DNA of 36,669 bases from Candidatus Binatia bacterium. GTDB lineage: Bacteria > Desulfobacterota > Binatia > Bin18. Where the stretch lies: NCBI GenBank assembly GCA_050185455.1, contig JBFWZL010000002.1:1-36669 (forward strand), read 5' to 3'. Positions 1-9,290 of this stretch are shown here, piece after piece. Position 1 is the first letter of the stretch. Each line of letters begins with the position of its first letter. A program made the position numbers and the translations under genes. The notes below the pieces were generated by a model. That model was given only the letters and a program-made list of their open reading frames with translations. It searched no databases and was not told the origin of the DNA.

Positions 1-1
1 C

Positions 2-793
2 GAGTTCTTCGCTAACGAACTCAAGGAGGCCCCCTGGCGCGAAGTGCTCGATCGCTGGGCGGCGCGCTTCGCACCTGCTATCTGCGCGTCAGCCATGCAT
101 GGCGTTCTGCGCGTCGGCCACGTCACGCGTGCGCTCGCGCTTGCGGAAACTCCGACACGCGTCGCTGAACTTGCTGACGGCCTTGCCTACTGGGCGGCAA
201 CATATCAGACACTACCGACTGACCTATCCGCACAACCCGCAGCGCTACGTCCGAGCGAAGCAATTCTGCGAGTTGTTATCGTTCCCCCCGAACAACGCAA
301 ATTCACGGGAACCATTGTTTCTTCGCTTGAGCGGCTCGATAAATTTCCCGCGTTCGCGCTGGTTATCGGACTCGTCGATCTCAACGGTGATCCGTCCCTT
401 GTCCTTTCCAGCTTGACGGAGACTTTCGCCCGCGTCTATCTCGCCAATGCGCAGGACGTCCTGAGTACGATTGTCTTCATCCACAGCGTCACGGGAGTCG
501 TGGCGCTGCGCTCCCTGGCTCCACATCTACACGAGCAGACCGTCCGTGAAGCATTGCGCTATGCGTGGCAAGCCGGGTGCGGTCTTTACGCCGCCTTTGG
601 GCATCGCTCTGTACCTGAACATGAAATCGAGCTGCCGAAAGAATCACGTGAGACGCTCATCGACATGGCCGTCGCCAACGGCGATGAGCACGCCATAAAG
701 TTCACAGAAGCTTGTCTCCGCGAACACGCGCTGAATCCTTCGCCGGTGTACTTCTCCGCCGCGCTCCATGCACTCGATATGCTGAAGGGATGA
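2..793 (+). CDS. hypothetical protein, 5' end cut by window edge; possibly questin-oxidase-like (DUF4243) family
   Basis: The frame is open from base 2 (EFFANELKEAPWREV...), so the listed GTG at 44 is probably internal. Stop TGA at 791-793. The family guess rests only on remembered similarity of the HGVLRVGHVTRAL region. Confidence 0.5.
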   Translation, partial: EFFANELKEAPWREVLDRWAARFAPAICASAMHGVLRVGHVTRALALAETPTRVAELADGLAYWAATYQTLPTDLSAQPAALRPSEAILRVVIVPPEQRKFTGTIVSSLERLDKFPAFALVIGLVDLNGDPSLVLSSLTETFARVYLANAQDVLSTIVFIHSVTGVVALRSLAPHLHEQTVREALRYAWQAGCGLYAAFGHRSVPEHEIELPKESRETLIDMAVANGDEHAIKFTEACLREHALNPSPVYFSAALHALDMLKG

Positions 794-941
794 CTGCGCT
801 TGGCCGCGCCTTTCCCGGGATTAGAGAATTGACCAAATTGGGACATGAAACATTGGGACAATGCTCACGGCCTTGCGGCGAGGAGAAGGATTTGCCAACC
901 GAGTAGACACCGGTGACGACATCATCGTCAATGCTTCTTCC

Positions 942-1862
942 CTACAGGTGTACATACGACCCGCTAGGAGCTAGGCCGACGCATTCTCCAGGATGAAAAA
1001 TCTCGGCCAGGATTTCCGCGCTTTCGATGATTCGCGGTCCTGGTCGATTGAAATACGCATTGCCATCCGCCACGTACACACGCTTCGTTCTGACCGCCGG
1101 TAAGGTTTGCCATTGTGGATGGCTGGTCATTATGGATAAGTCCGTTTGCGTCTGCGGGATTTTGAATCCACAGGGCGTAATGACGATGATCTCAGGTTGA
1201 TACTCAACCAACGCTTCCCAGGTCAGTTTCGGACTGTGAGCGCCCGCGGCGGCAAGGCCATACTCCCCACCGGCAATCTCGACCAACTCGGCGATCCAGT
1301 TGCCGCCAGCCATAAGCGGATCAAACCATTCGATGTATGCGACACGCGGGCGAACAACCCGGCGGGTTTGCTGTTCCAACTTCCACAGACGGCGCTTGAG
1401 TCCGCGGATGAGATCTTCGGCAGCAGTTTCCAGACCCGTAGCCGCACCCACCCGGCGGATATCTTCCCAGATATCGCTTAGGCGTTCCGGTTTGAGTGAA
1501 ACGACTTTCACTGCGGACGTGAGAAAGCAGCGCACTGCTTCTTCTATTTCCGGTAGAGAGACCGCGCACACGGCGCATTGATCTTGAGTCACAATGAGAT
1601 CCGGCTGCAGTTGCTGCAAAAGTTCCGTCTTGATGCGATAGATGCTCAGTCCTTCTTGCATAAGCTGGCGCACTCGTGTGTCGATCACCACAGTCGGAGC
1701 CTGAGGGTCAAGTTTTGGCTCGGTTAAAATGGGAAGATCGACCACGTCGGTTGGGTAATCACACTCGTGCGACACCCCCACAAGACGGTCGCGCAGACCG
1801 AGGGCGGAAAGTATTTCCGTACTCGCCGGTAACAAAGACACGATGCGTTGGGGGGCGTTCAT
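942..1862 (-). CDS. BtuF/FhuD-type cobalamin- or Fe-siderophore-binding protein homologue, no signal peptide
   Basis: 306-aa ORF. RIVSLLPASTEILSALGL..VGVSHECDYP and PDLIVTQDQC match the conserved BtuF-like pattern. The protein begins directly at the conserved core. Confidence 0.75.
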   Translation of the reverse strand: MNAPQRIVSLLPASTEILSALGLRDRLVGVSHECDYPTDVVDLPILTEPKLDPQAPTVVIDTRVRQLMQEGLSIYRIKTELLQQLQPDLIVTQDQCAVCAVSLPEIEEAVRCFLTSAVKVVSLKPERLSDIWEDIRRVGAATGLETAAEDLIRGLKRRLWKLEQQTRRVVRPRVAYIEWFDPLMAGGNWIAELVEIAGGEYGLAAAGAHSPKLTWEALVEYQPEIIVITPCGFKIPQTQTDLSIMTSHPQWQTLPAVRTKRVYVADGNAYFNRPGPRIIESAEILAEIFHPGECVGLAPSGSYVHL

Positions 1863-1874
1863 AGAGTAAGAAAC

Positions 1875-2075
1875 CTACATGAGGATACGCGGCTTCTGAT
1901 CATCCGGCTCGATCTTCTCGCCGCAAGTTGAGGAACAGGTCGTACACAGATACTCAAATTTGTTACCCTCAGGAAGGATCAACAGGAGTTTCTTACGCAC
2001 CGGCATCGCCTCTCGGCAGAGCGGACAGTAGAGTAACGACGCTTCGAGTTGTTCAAAACTAGGCCTTCGAGCCAC
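1875..2075 (-). CDS. small zinc-ribbon protein (CPLC...CTTC), function unknown
   Basis: Two CxxC pairs. AAGGAG lies 9 nt upstream of the GTG at 2075, which I prefer over the TTG at 2099 in the ORF track. The stop is 12 nt before the ATG of the BtuF-like gene, so the two are probably co-transcribed. Confidence 0.5.
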   Translation of the reverse strand: MARRPSFEQLEASLLYCPLCREAMPVRKKLLLILPEGNKFEYLCTTCSSTCGEKIEPDDQKPRILM

Positions 2076-2252
2076 GCGATGGGTCTCCTTACTTCGCAAG
2101 TCGTTAGTAATTCGTTTTGAGCCAGCAACAAAAGACAGAGGCTCTCTTCGTCTGACGCACAGCTAAGAGCTAATAGCTAAGAACCAAAATGTCAACAAAG
2201 CCATTGCCTTGGCTCGTAGGAGAGGTTACAACAAAACCCTCGTAAAATTGTT

Positions 2253-3563
2253 ATGGACACGCGCAAAGTCTACATTGAAACGTACGGCTGCCAGATGAAC
2301 ATTGCCGACACCGAGCTATTGATCGGTCTGTTGAAACCGCATGGCTACGAACCGATTCAGAAAGCTGATCAGGCGGATGTGATTCTGCTAAACACGTGCG
2401 CCATCCGTGAACATGCTGAAGAGCGTGTGTTAAAGCGACTCAGTGAACTCGTCCGTCATAAAGCGAGAAAGCCAGGAGTACTGCTCGGTCTGACCGGCTG
2501 TATGGCCCAACATCACCGGGAACGCTTACTTGATAAAGCTCCGTTCCTCGACCTCGTGCTTGGTCCGGATGCGTATCGCGGCCTCCCAGCGCTGTTGGCG
2601 CGAGAAGACCAAAACGAGCCGCTTGTGGCCGTTCGTCTCAACCGCGACGAAACGTATGCGGATATCTCACCCGTGCACGCTGAAGGCATACGCGCTTGGG
2701 TGACGATTATGCGCGGTTGCGACAAGTTTTGTACCTTTTGCATCGTGCCATACGTCCGTGGCCGTGAACGGAGTGTACCGCTCACAGCGCTCCTTACTCA
2801 AGTTCGAGAACTTGCTGATCAGGGATATAAGGAAGTCGTCTACCTTGGCCAAACGGTGAACGCTTACCGCGATGGCGACGATGATTTTGCCGATCTCTTG
2901 AGAAAAACGGCTGAGATTGACGGCGTCCAACGCATTCGTTTCACCTCGCCACATCCAGCGGATATGACCAAGCGAGCGATTGAAGCGATGGCGGCCTGCG
3001 ATAAAGTCGCGCCGCATCTTCATCTGCCCTTGCAATCCGCCGCGAATCGAATACTGGAACGTATGGAGCGCGGTTATACAATTGAGCAGTACGCAGACTT
3101 AGTTGCCCGTTTACGAGCCGCCATTCCCACACTCGCCTTATCCACTGACATTATCGTTGGTTTCCCCGGCGAGGAAGAGAAAGATTTCCGCGCAACGTAT
3201 GAGTTCATGGAAGAGATACGGTACGATTCAGCCTTCATGTTCAAATACTCGGCCCGGGAAGGAACAAAAGCCTGCAAATGGGAAGAAACCTTATCCGAGG
3301 AAGAAAAAGGCCAACGCCTCCAGGAAATCATCGCGCTGCAAGAGCGAATCTCCGGTGAAATCAATCGACACATCATTGGACAAACAGTCGAGGTCCTTGT
3401 TGAGGGGCCAGCAAAGCGTCAAGCAGACTGGCTCTCGGGGAAGAACGGACAGTTCAAGACCGTTGTCTTCCCTGGAAACGGGGCGCAACCGGGTGACCTT
3501 GCGCCCGTCCGTGTGACGTCAACAACGGCGCATACTTTGATCGGTGAAGTTCCTTCCCATTAG
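2253..3563 (+). CDS. miaB: tRNA-i6A37 methylthiotransferase MiaB (radical SAM)
   Basis: N-terminal YIETYGCQMN (UPF0004 domain), radical-SAM CDKFCTFCIVP motif, C-terminal TRAM domain, 436 aa. Confidence 0.95.
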   Translation: MDTRKVYIETYGCQMNIADTELLIGLLKPHGYEPIQKADQADVILLNTCAIREHAEERVLKRLSELVRHKARKPGVLLGLTGCMAQHHRERLLDKAPFLDLVLGPDAYRGLPALLAREDQNEPLVAVRLNRDETYADISPVHAEGIRAWVTIMRGCDKFCTFCIVPYVRGRERSVPLTALLTQVRELADQGYKEVVYLGQTVNAYRDGDDDFADLLRKTAEIDGVQRIRFTSPHPADMTKRAIEAMAACDKVAPHLHLPLQSAANRILERMERGYTIEQYADLVARLRAAIPTLALSTDIIVGFPGEEEKDFRATYEFMEEIRYDSAFMFKYSAREGTKACKWEETLSEEEKGQRLQEIIALQERISGEINRHIIGQTVEVLVEGPAKRQADWLSGKNGQFKTVVFPGNGAQPGDLAPVRVTSTTAHTLIGEVPSH

Positions 3564-3669
3564 GCTCTTTGTCGTTCTCGCCTCATCCTGGAAAGGCTCT
3601 CCCACGGCATGTGGGTAAAAAAAGCCGAGCTGTTGCCGATCTTTTCTAGGAAGAATATTTAGTCCTTTC

Positions 3670-5550
3670 TTGGAAAAGAGAATGCACGATACCATAGCCC
3701 CTTCGCCCGTGACAAACGATCTTATCGAAAAACGGGCTGAAACTTGCGAAGGCGGCTCTGCTGCCGCGTCCGAGCCTTTGGTCGGACCAAGCACGGGATC
3801 TTTTGCCGCTCAACAGGTGCATCTCCTTTACATGCAGGCGAATATTGGGCTTCTGGGCACGGTCGTCCTTGCGGGAATCTTGATTTTCGTGTTGTGGTCA
3901 GTGGTTCCGCATGCCCAGCTTCTTGCGTGGTCTTCGCTTGTCAGCGTGTTGACTATCGCTCGGTTCTTTGTCGTGCAGCGCTACTTTCGTTCAGAACAGC
4001 GGGAAAAAGAGGTTGCTTGGTGGCGCTCTGCGATGATTATGAGCGCTGGTGCTAGCGGAATAGCGTGGGGATCAACAGCGATTTTTCTCTTCCCTGAAAC
4101 CTCCTTTGTTCATCAAATTTTTCTGACGTTCATGCTCGGAGGTCTAGCCGTAGGCGCCATGGGCGTTATGGCTACAGTGAGGACTGTCTTTCTTGTATTT
4201 TTCATTCCTACGCTGCTCCCTATTATGTTCCGACTTTTTTTTTCAGGTGGAGAGCTTTCTTCCACCATGGGCTTTCTCTTTGTGTTCTTCGCTCTTTTCG
4301 TTCTCGCTGCTGCACGTCACATGAATGAATCGATCGTGCAATCCTTGCAGTTGCGCTCAACTAATGTAGATCTGATCCACACACTTTCTCAAGCAAAAGA
4401 GGAAGCTGAGCGTATGAATAGTCAGCTCGCGGCTTCTCATGCTGCTCTCAGTAAAAGTGAAAAACGGTTCCGTTCTCTCACTGAGCACGCATCCGACTTG
4501 ATTTCGATTCTCGATGTAAAGGGTATCATGCGTTATCATAGTCCATCGATCACACGCTTGCTCGGCTATGAAGAACAAGAACTAGTCGGACATTCCGTCT
4601 CAACGCTCTTTCATTCCTTGGAAGAAGCAAAATTAAAGACTGCGTTCGCGGCCTTACGCACGGAGCCGTTACGGGTACAAGCCTTTGAACTCCGCATCCG
4701 CCACAAAAACGGTTCCTGGCGAATCTTCGAGAGCATCGCGCAAAACCTGCTCGACGATCCCGCCGTGAGAGGGATGGTCTTTAACTCGCGAGACATCACG
4801 GAAAGAAAAGAGATCGAACGGCTCAAGGACGATTTAGTCTCAACGGTTAGTCACGAGTTGCGCACGCCGCTCACAAGCCTCCGTGGCTTTGCCGAACTCA
4901 TGTTGACGCGAGAGTTCGCTCCAGAAAAACAGCGCCACTTTCTGCAGGTCATACTGAACGAAGGAACTCGCCTCACAAACTTGATCAATGATTTTCTCGA
5001 TATTCAGCGCATCGAATCCGGGCAGCAAACGTACCACTTCGAGACGATCACGTTGACGTCTCTTCTACGTGATGCGCTTGAAGTCTTTCGCGCCGACGAG
5101 AGTCAGCATTCCTTACGCCTAGAAGCGCCTGACAACTTATCCCCGGTGCGCGCTGATGCGGACCGCTTGCACCAAGTGCTGGCAAACTTGGTTTCCAACG
5201 CCATAAAATTTTCTCCCAAGGGTGGGACGGTCATCATACGAGCGCGCCAGACAGCGGATCAAATCGTCGTTGAGGTTGCTGACCAGGGCGTAGGCATTCC
5301 ACCCGACGTTATCACTCAGCTTTTCCAAAAATTCTATAGAGTGGACAACACCGAGACGCGTAGCATTGGCGGGACAGGCCTTGGTCTCGCCTTGGTCAAA
5401 GACATTATTACGGCGCACAGCGGCCAAGTGTGGGTCGAGAGTCAGCTAAACGTAGGCAGTTCGTTCTTTTTCTCCCTCCCAATCGTTAGGCATGACGTCA
5501 CCATGCCAGAACCAGAGGTCGCTTTTCGAGAAGAAAGGTTACGGGTTTAA
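3670..5550 (+). CDS. membrane-bound PAS sensor histidine kinase (no cognate response regulator adjacent)
   Basis: About 6 hydrophobic helices in the N-terminal 220 aa, then a PAS region. H-box VSHELRTPLTSL, N-box NLVSNAIKFSP, G-boxes DQGVGIP and GGTGLGLALV. The start may be the ATG at 3682 rather than the TTG at 3670. Confidence 0.9.
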   Translation: MEKRMHDTIAPSPVTNDLIEKRAETCEGGSAAASEPLVGPSTGSFAAQQVHLLYMQANIGLLGTVVLAGILIFVLWSVVPHAQLLAWSSLVSVLTIARFFVVQRYFRSEQREKEVAWWRSAMIMSAGASGIAWGSTAIFLFPETSFVHQIFLTFMLGGLAVGAMGVMATVRTVFLVFFIPTLLPIMFRLFFSGGELSSTMGFLFVFFALFVLAAARHMNESIVQSLQLRSTNVDLIHTLSQAKEEAERMNSQLAASHAALSKSEKRFRSLTEHASDLISILDVKGIMRYHSPSITRLLGYEEQELVGHSVSTLFHSLEEAKLKTAFAALRTEPLRVQAFELRIRHKNGSWRIFESIAQNLLDDPAVRGMVFNSRDITERKEIERLKDDLVSTVSHELRTPLTSLRGFAELMLTREFAPEKQRHFLQVILNEGTRLTNLINDFLDIQRIESGQQTYHFETITLTSLLRDALEVFRADESQHSLRLEAPDNLSPVRADADRLHQVLANLVSNAIKFSPKGGTVIIRARQTADQIVVEVADQGVGIPPDVITQLFQKFYRVDNTETRSIGGTGLGLALVKDIITAHSGQVWVESQLNVGSSFFFSLPIVRHDVTMPEPEVAFREERLRV

Positions 5551-5584
5551 GGCTTTAGAGTTTGCTCCCCCCTTAGCCAGCAGC

Positions 5585-5938
5585 CTATTCTAACAACTCC
5601 GTCACCTTCTCCGAGGGGCGGGCAAGCACCGCTTTCTGTCCTTTAATGATAACCGGACGTTGCATAAGCTCTGGATGTTCGAGCAAGACCTCGATGACTG
5701 CTTCGCGAGTAACATACTGATTCTCATCGAGACCCAGCTCCTTGAAACGTTTATCCTTGCGCACAAGGTCCGCTGGGGGATTGGGTAAAAGATCGAGAAA
5801 GCGCTCAAAATCCTCTCGGTTCAAAGGATTTTTCAAATATTCGATAACGTCGAACTCGACGCCGCGCTCACGCAAAATATCGAGCGCTCCACGCGACTGC
5901 CCTCAGCCAGGATTGTGATAAACCAGTAGTCGTTCCAT
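5585..5938 (-). CDS. arsC: glutaredoxin-type arsenate reductase (ArsC family) with in-frame TGA (5905-5903) at the catalytic Cys position; probable selenocysteine
   Basis: ATG at 5938 with GGAGG 8 nt upstream. Reads MERLLVYHNPG-TGA-GQSRGALDILRERGVEF... in frame with the 96-aa ORF 5585..5875. Full-length resemblance to ArsC (YHNPxCxxSR, ..QRPVII.., ..ARPSE..). Confidence 0.7.
5856..5896 (-). promoter_or_regulatory. candidate bacterial SECIS stem-loop downstream of the arsC TGA
   Basis: Upper stem GCGCUCG (5887-5881) pairs with UGAGCGC (5870-5864). The 10-nt loop is AUAUUUUGCG. A possible lower stem pairs 5896-5892 with 5861-5856, with one bulged U. The upper stem starts 16 nt after the TGA. 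Confidence 0.45.
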
Positions 5939-6045
5939 AGTCACCGCCTCCGTAATGGGATATGCCTTTTACCTACCTGGAACGACGCTTGTCTGCTAGC
6001 CCAGAGAAAAAGAGTTAAAAAGGCGAAGAGGAGGAACGGCCACGC

Positions 6046-7578
6046 ATGAAGGTAGGTTTCAACAAAATTGATCAAGCAAAAGAAACGCAATCCGGACTTG
6101 AGCCCTGGAAAGTAGCTGAACTACCAGCCCCTCCCATGCTCAAAGGGCTCAATTTTTTTGGTGTTATCGGTCCAGGAGCCATCATCTTAGGAACGTCGAT
6201 CGGCAGCGGTGAGTGGTTGCTGGGCCCGGCTGCATTTGTGAAGTATGGGATGTCGCTACTGTGGGTGACAACAGCCGCCGTATTGCTCCAGGCTATTCTC
6301 AACACCGAGCTGATCCGCTACACCCTGTACACGGGCGAGCCTGCTATCACCGGCTTCATGCGCACGAAACCACATTCCACCTTTTGGGCCTGGTTTTACT
6401 CTCTCCTGTATTTGCTACAGGTGGGATGGCCGGCATGGGCAGGCGCGGCGGCGGGCGCAATTTTCTATCTCTTCACGGGGCAATCTGCGACCGCGGATCA
6501 TGGATCAGCCATCTACTGGATCGGCGTCGGCACGTTTGCCGCGTGCGTGGTCATCCTCTTCAGCGGTAGTCACATCGAACGCACGTTGGAGATTCTGAAC
6601 TGGATTCTGATCGTTTTTATCCTGGGAACCTTGCTGGTGCTGAGTCTACTCTTTGCTGACGGTCAGCGTTGGCTGGAAGCGGGAGCAGGGTTTATCGGGG
6701 TGAATCTCTCGGCGCGCTCATTTTCATTGTTTCCTCCAGGAGCGGACTGGTTCCTGATTGGCGCGTTCGCCGCCTATTCAGGCGCGGGAGGCGTGACGAA
6801 CTTGACGCTCTCAAACTGGGCGCGTGACAAGGGTTTTGGCATGGGCAAAGTCGTCGGCTTCATTCCCGCTGCTATCGGAGGGCAGAGCGTTTTACTGGCG
6901 CACTCCGGCAGTGTTTTTGCCATTACACCTGGCAATTTGGCAAAGTGGAAAAGCTGGTGGACAATCATTCGCATCGATCAATGGGGGGTCTTTTTCATTG
7001 GGGCTTTATTGGGAATGGGCTTACCCGCCGTACTCTACACCTCGTTCCTCCAACCAGGAGAGGATATTCGCGGGCTCGCCGTGGCAACGGCGTTAGCTGA
7101 CGCCATGACGACGCGTGGAGGAGCCGCGCTCAGTTTTTTGGTCGCTTTCATGGGCGCGTGGGTGCTGTTTAAGACCCAGCTCGATATCCTTGAGGGGACC
7201 GTACGCGCGGTAACAGACATTCTATGGACCGGCAGTAGCCGCGTGCGCGCCTGGAGTGATGGAGATGTCCGTCTGGTGTACTACTCGGTGTTGGCAGGCT
7301 TCGTCGTGTGGGGGCTCATTGCGTCCGGTCTGGCGCAGCCGATTATCTTGTTACAGCTTGGCGCGAACATCGCGGGCATCGTCCTCGCGATCAGCGCCAT
7401 GCATATTCTTTACGTCAACACCACATTTCTGCCCAAAGAAATCCAACCGCCGTTGTGGCGGCGCCTCGCGCTCGTGTCGCTCACGCTCTTCTACAGTTTC
7501 TTTGTGTACTTGTGGCTCATGGGAGGGATCGTACCTGACCCTAGCAAGGGGTTTCTGTTCAGCCTCATCGGGAAATGA
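6046..7578 (+). CDS. NRAMP-like (APC superfamily) polytopic membrane transporter, divergent metal-site motifs
   Basis: 510 aa, about 11-12 hydrophobic segments. GPGAIILGTSIGSGEWLLGPAAFVKYGMSLLWV resembles NRAMP TM1 (GPG...DPGN...YGyxLLWV) but has GSGE in place of DPGN. Confidence 0.65.
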   Translation: MKVGFNKIDQAKETQSGLEPWKVAELPAPPMLKGLNFFGVIGPGAIILGTSIGSGEWLLGPAAFVKYGMSLLWVTTAAVLLQAILNTELIRYTLYTGEPAITGFMRTKPHSTFWAWFYSLLYLLQVGWPAWAGAAAGAIFYLFTGQSATADHGSAIYWIGVGTFAACVVILFSGSHIERTLEILNWILIVFILGTLLVLSLLFADGQRWLEAGAGFIGVNLSARSFSLFPPGADWFLIGAFAAYSGAGGVTNLTLSNWARDKGFGMGKVVGFIPAAIGGQSVLLAHSGSVFAITPGNLAKWKSWWTIIRIDQWGVFFIGALLGMGLPAVLYTSFLQPGEDIRGLAVATALADAMTTRGGAALSFLVAFMGAWVLFKTQLDILEGTVRAVTDILWTGSSRVRAWSDGDVRLVYYSVLAGFVVWGLIASGLAQPIILLQLGANIAGIVLAISAMHILYVNTTFLPKEIQPPLWRRLALVSLTLFYSFFVYLWLMGGIVPDPSKGFLFSLIGK

Positions 7579-7613
7579 CCGACCAGCTTTTTCTCGACTG
7601 CGGCGCTGGAATT

Positions 7614-9032
7614 TTATAGGCTCTCAATTTCCGAACTGATCCTTTGCGTAGACCTCATGATTGCCTCGTTAATCGCAGGCAGCTCAATCAGTTGGTCGCG
7701 GATGTCGGTGACCGATATAGTGAGATCACCGAGTTCAACGGTCGCGCTGTTAATTTGTTCGGCTACTTCTTTAAGGATGACAGGAAAGCCGGTGTCTTGG
7801 AGCACCCCGGCTGCTTCAACTTTCCCGTTGAGATGTACGAAGCGGAGAAACTGAATGTTCTCTCGGAGATGGTCGGACTCAAGGGTCAAATGGCGCAATT
7901 CCTCTCTAATTGTCAACAAAAGGTCAAGCGCTCTTCGCGAGGTTGGGATAAAGGAGTTTTCCAGCGTACGAATTTGGCTCCTTGTATTCTGCGCACCGGA
8001 GCTTTCTTGATAGCTTTCGAGCAACTCTCGAGTAAAGACGGTTTCCATATCGATCAGGAGCTTCGCCGCAACCAAGTCAAAGATCACAGTCTGTAAAGAT
8101 TCTACAAGAGAGAGAATACGGCGATTAAGCTGGATCACCGCCTCCGAAATTTGTCGAGAGCTTTGTTCTAGCTGGGAGGAGATCACACTAAGCGATCTTC
8201 CCACCTCTCCTAACCGAGCAGCCTCGACGGAGGCATTAAGCGAGAATAAGCGAATAGAATTAGTCAAGCGAAGAATGAAAGCAGATTTGTCTTGTAATTT
8301 AGCATTCAAAGAAACATAGTCGTCTAAGCGCGAGAAGAGCAGGTTGAGATGACCACCGATCACGGCGCAACTTTCGTAAATATTGGAAAGATGAGCAGTA
8401 ACGCTCTCTGATGTGAAGGACAACGAATTCTCCCATTTTTGCCCATCCATAGTTTTTCCGTCGTCCTTAGCAACGTCGAGCTGTGCCTGTCGGCTTTTCA
8501 TTTCTTCTCTGAGCATCGCGTGCATAAATGCAGCGTAGCTGCGGAATCCCTTTGTCGCCAAAATCTCAGACAACCTCTCAAGCGCAGCCCTCATGCCGTC
8601 TTTCCAATCGCTCCCTTCCTTCTCAACCTTCTGTTCGATCGCCCGGAGTTCCATATATACGTCTTGAATAACAGAGAACAACGCACTAGACGGCTTGAAA
8701 CGAATTGAGAGGTATCCACCCTCTATTGGCATAGCGAGCGCCACGACCCAATAATAGGAACCATCCTTTGCCATGTTCTTGACGTAGGCGGCGATCGGTT
8801 TCCCAGCTTCCAAAAAATCCCAGAAAATCTTGAACACCGCCCGCGGCATATCCGGATGGCGCACGATATTATGTGGCTCGCCTAACAATTCGGAGAGCAC
8901 ATAACCACTCACGCGAGCGAAGACGGTATTTCCCGCAGTAATAAGTCCTTTCTTATCAGTCGTGGAAAAAAAGAGCTCATCAAGGGTAAATACACTCTCT
9001 TGCTGAGTCGGGGTGACAAGAACCTTTTTCAT
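7614..9032 (-). CDS. soluble Aer-like PAS domain protein fused to a divergent methyl-accepting-chemotaxis signalling domain
   Basis: The N-terminal segment FSTTDKKGLITAGNTVFARVSGY..GEPHNIVRHPDMP..DGSYYWV matches the Aer PAS pattern. The C-terminal half contains LNASVEAARLGEVGRSLSVIS, an MCP hairpin-tip-like motif. No TM helices. Confidence 0.8.
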   Translation of the reverse strand: MKKVLVTPTQQESVFTLDELFFSTTDKKGLITAGNTVFARVSGYVLSELLGEPHNIVRHPDMPRAVFKIFWDFLEAGKPIAAYVKNMAKDGSYYWVVALAMPIEGGYLSIRFKPSSALFSVIQDVYMELRAIEQKVEKEGSDWKDGMRAALERLSEILATKGFRSYAAFMHAMLREEMKSRQAQLDVAKDDGKTMDGQKWENSLSFTSESVTAHLSNIYESCAVIGGHLNLLFSRLDDYVSLNAKLQDKSAFILRLTNSIRLFSLNASVEAARLGEVGRSLSVISSQLEQSSRQISEAVIQLNRRILSLVESLQTVIFDLVAAKLLIDMETVFTRELLESYQESSGAQNTRSQIRTLENSFIPTSRRALDLLLTIREELRHLTLESDHLRENIQFLRFVHLNGKVEAAGVLQDTGFPVILKEVAEQINSATVELGDLTISVTDIRDQLIELPAINEAIMRSTQRISSEIESL

Positions 9033-9240
9033 AGACGCTCCCCAAGGTCAATGTTGTAGAAAGCGATGAACTGTACGGGCGAACCTTTGGTGTTTCCGCT
9101 ACAGAACCGTTCACCGCTACAGCCTCTCTCTTGTTTCTAACACGGGAGAAGAGTTGGGCACAAATCAGAGAAATGCGCCTAATGCTCCGTCTGCAGAGAG
9201 TAAGAATCATAATGCAATTTTGGAGGAGAGAGTGTCGGGC

Positions 9241-9270
9241 TTGCCGAAAAGCTTCGTCAGTTGGTAAGAT
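9241..9270 (+). promoter_or_regulatory. possible sigma70-type promoter for tRNA-Arg
   Basis: TTGCCG, 18-nt spacer, TAAGAT, ending 20 nt before the tRNA 5' end. Motif-only call. Confidence 0.3.
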
Positions 9271-9290
9271 TCGGGGCTATCTCACTCCGC

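Noticed and set aside
2161-2181. Three tandem AGCTAAN heptamers in the divergent miaB / zinc-ribbon promoter region
   Set aside because: The tract is too short and degenerate to assign a function, and I see no matching motif elsewhere in the window.
2100-2252. Possible cobalamin riboswitch upstream of the zinc-ribbon/BtuF-like operon
   Set aside because: The region is only about 150 nt and I find no B12-box (GCCACTG) on the relevant strand.
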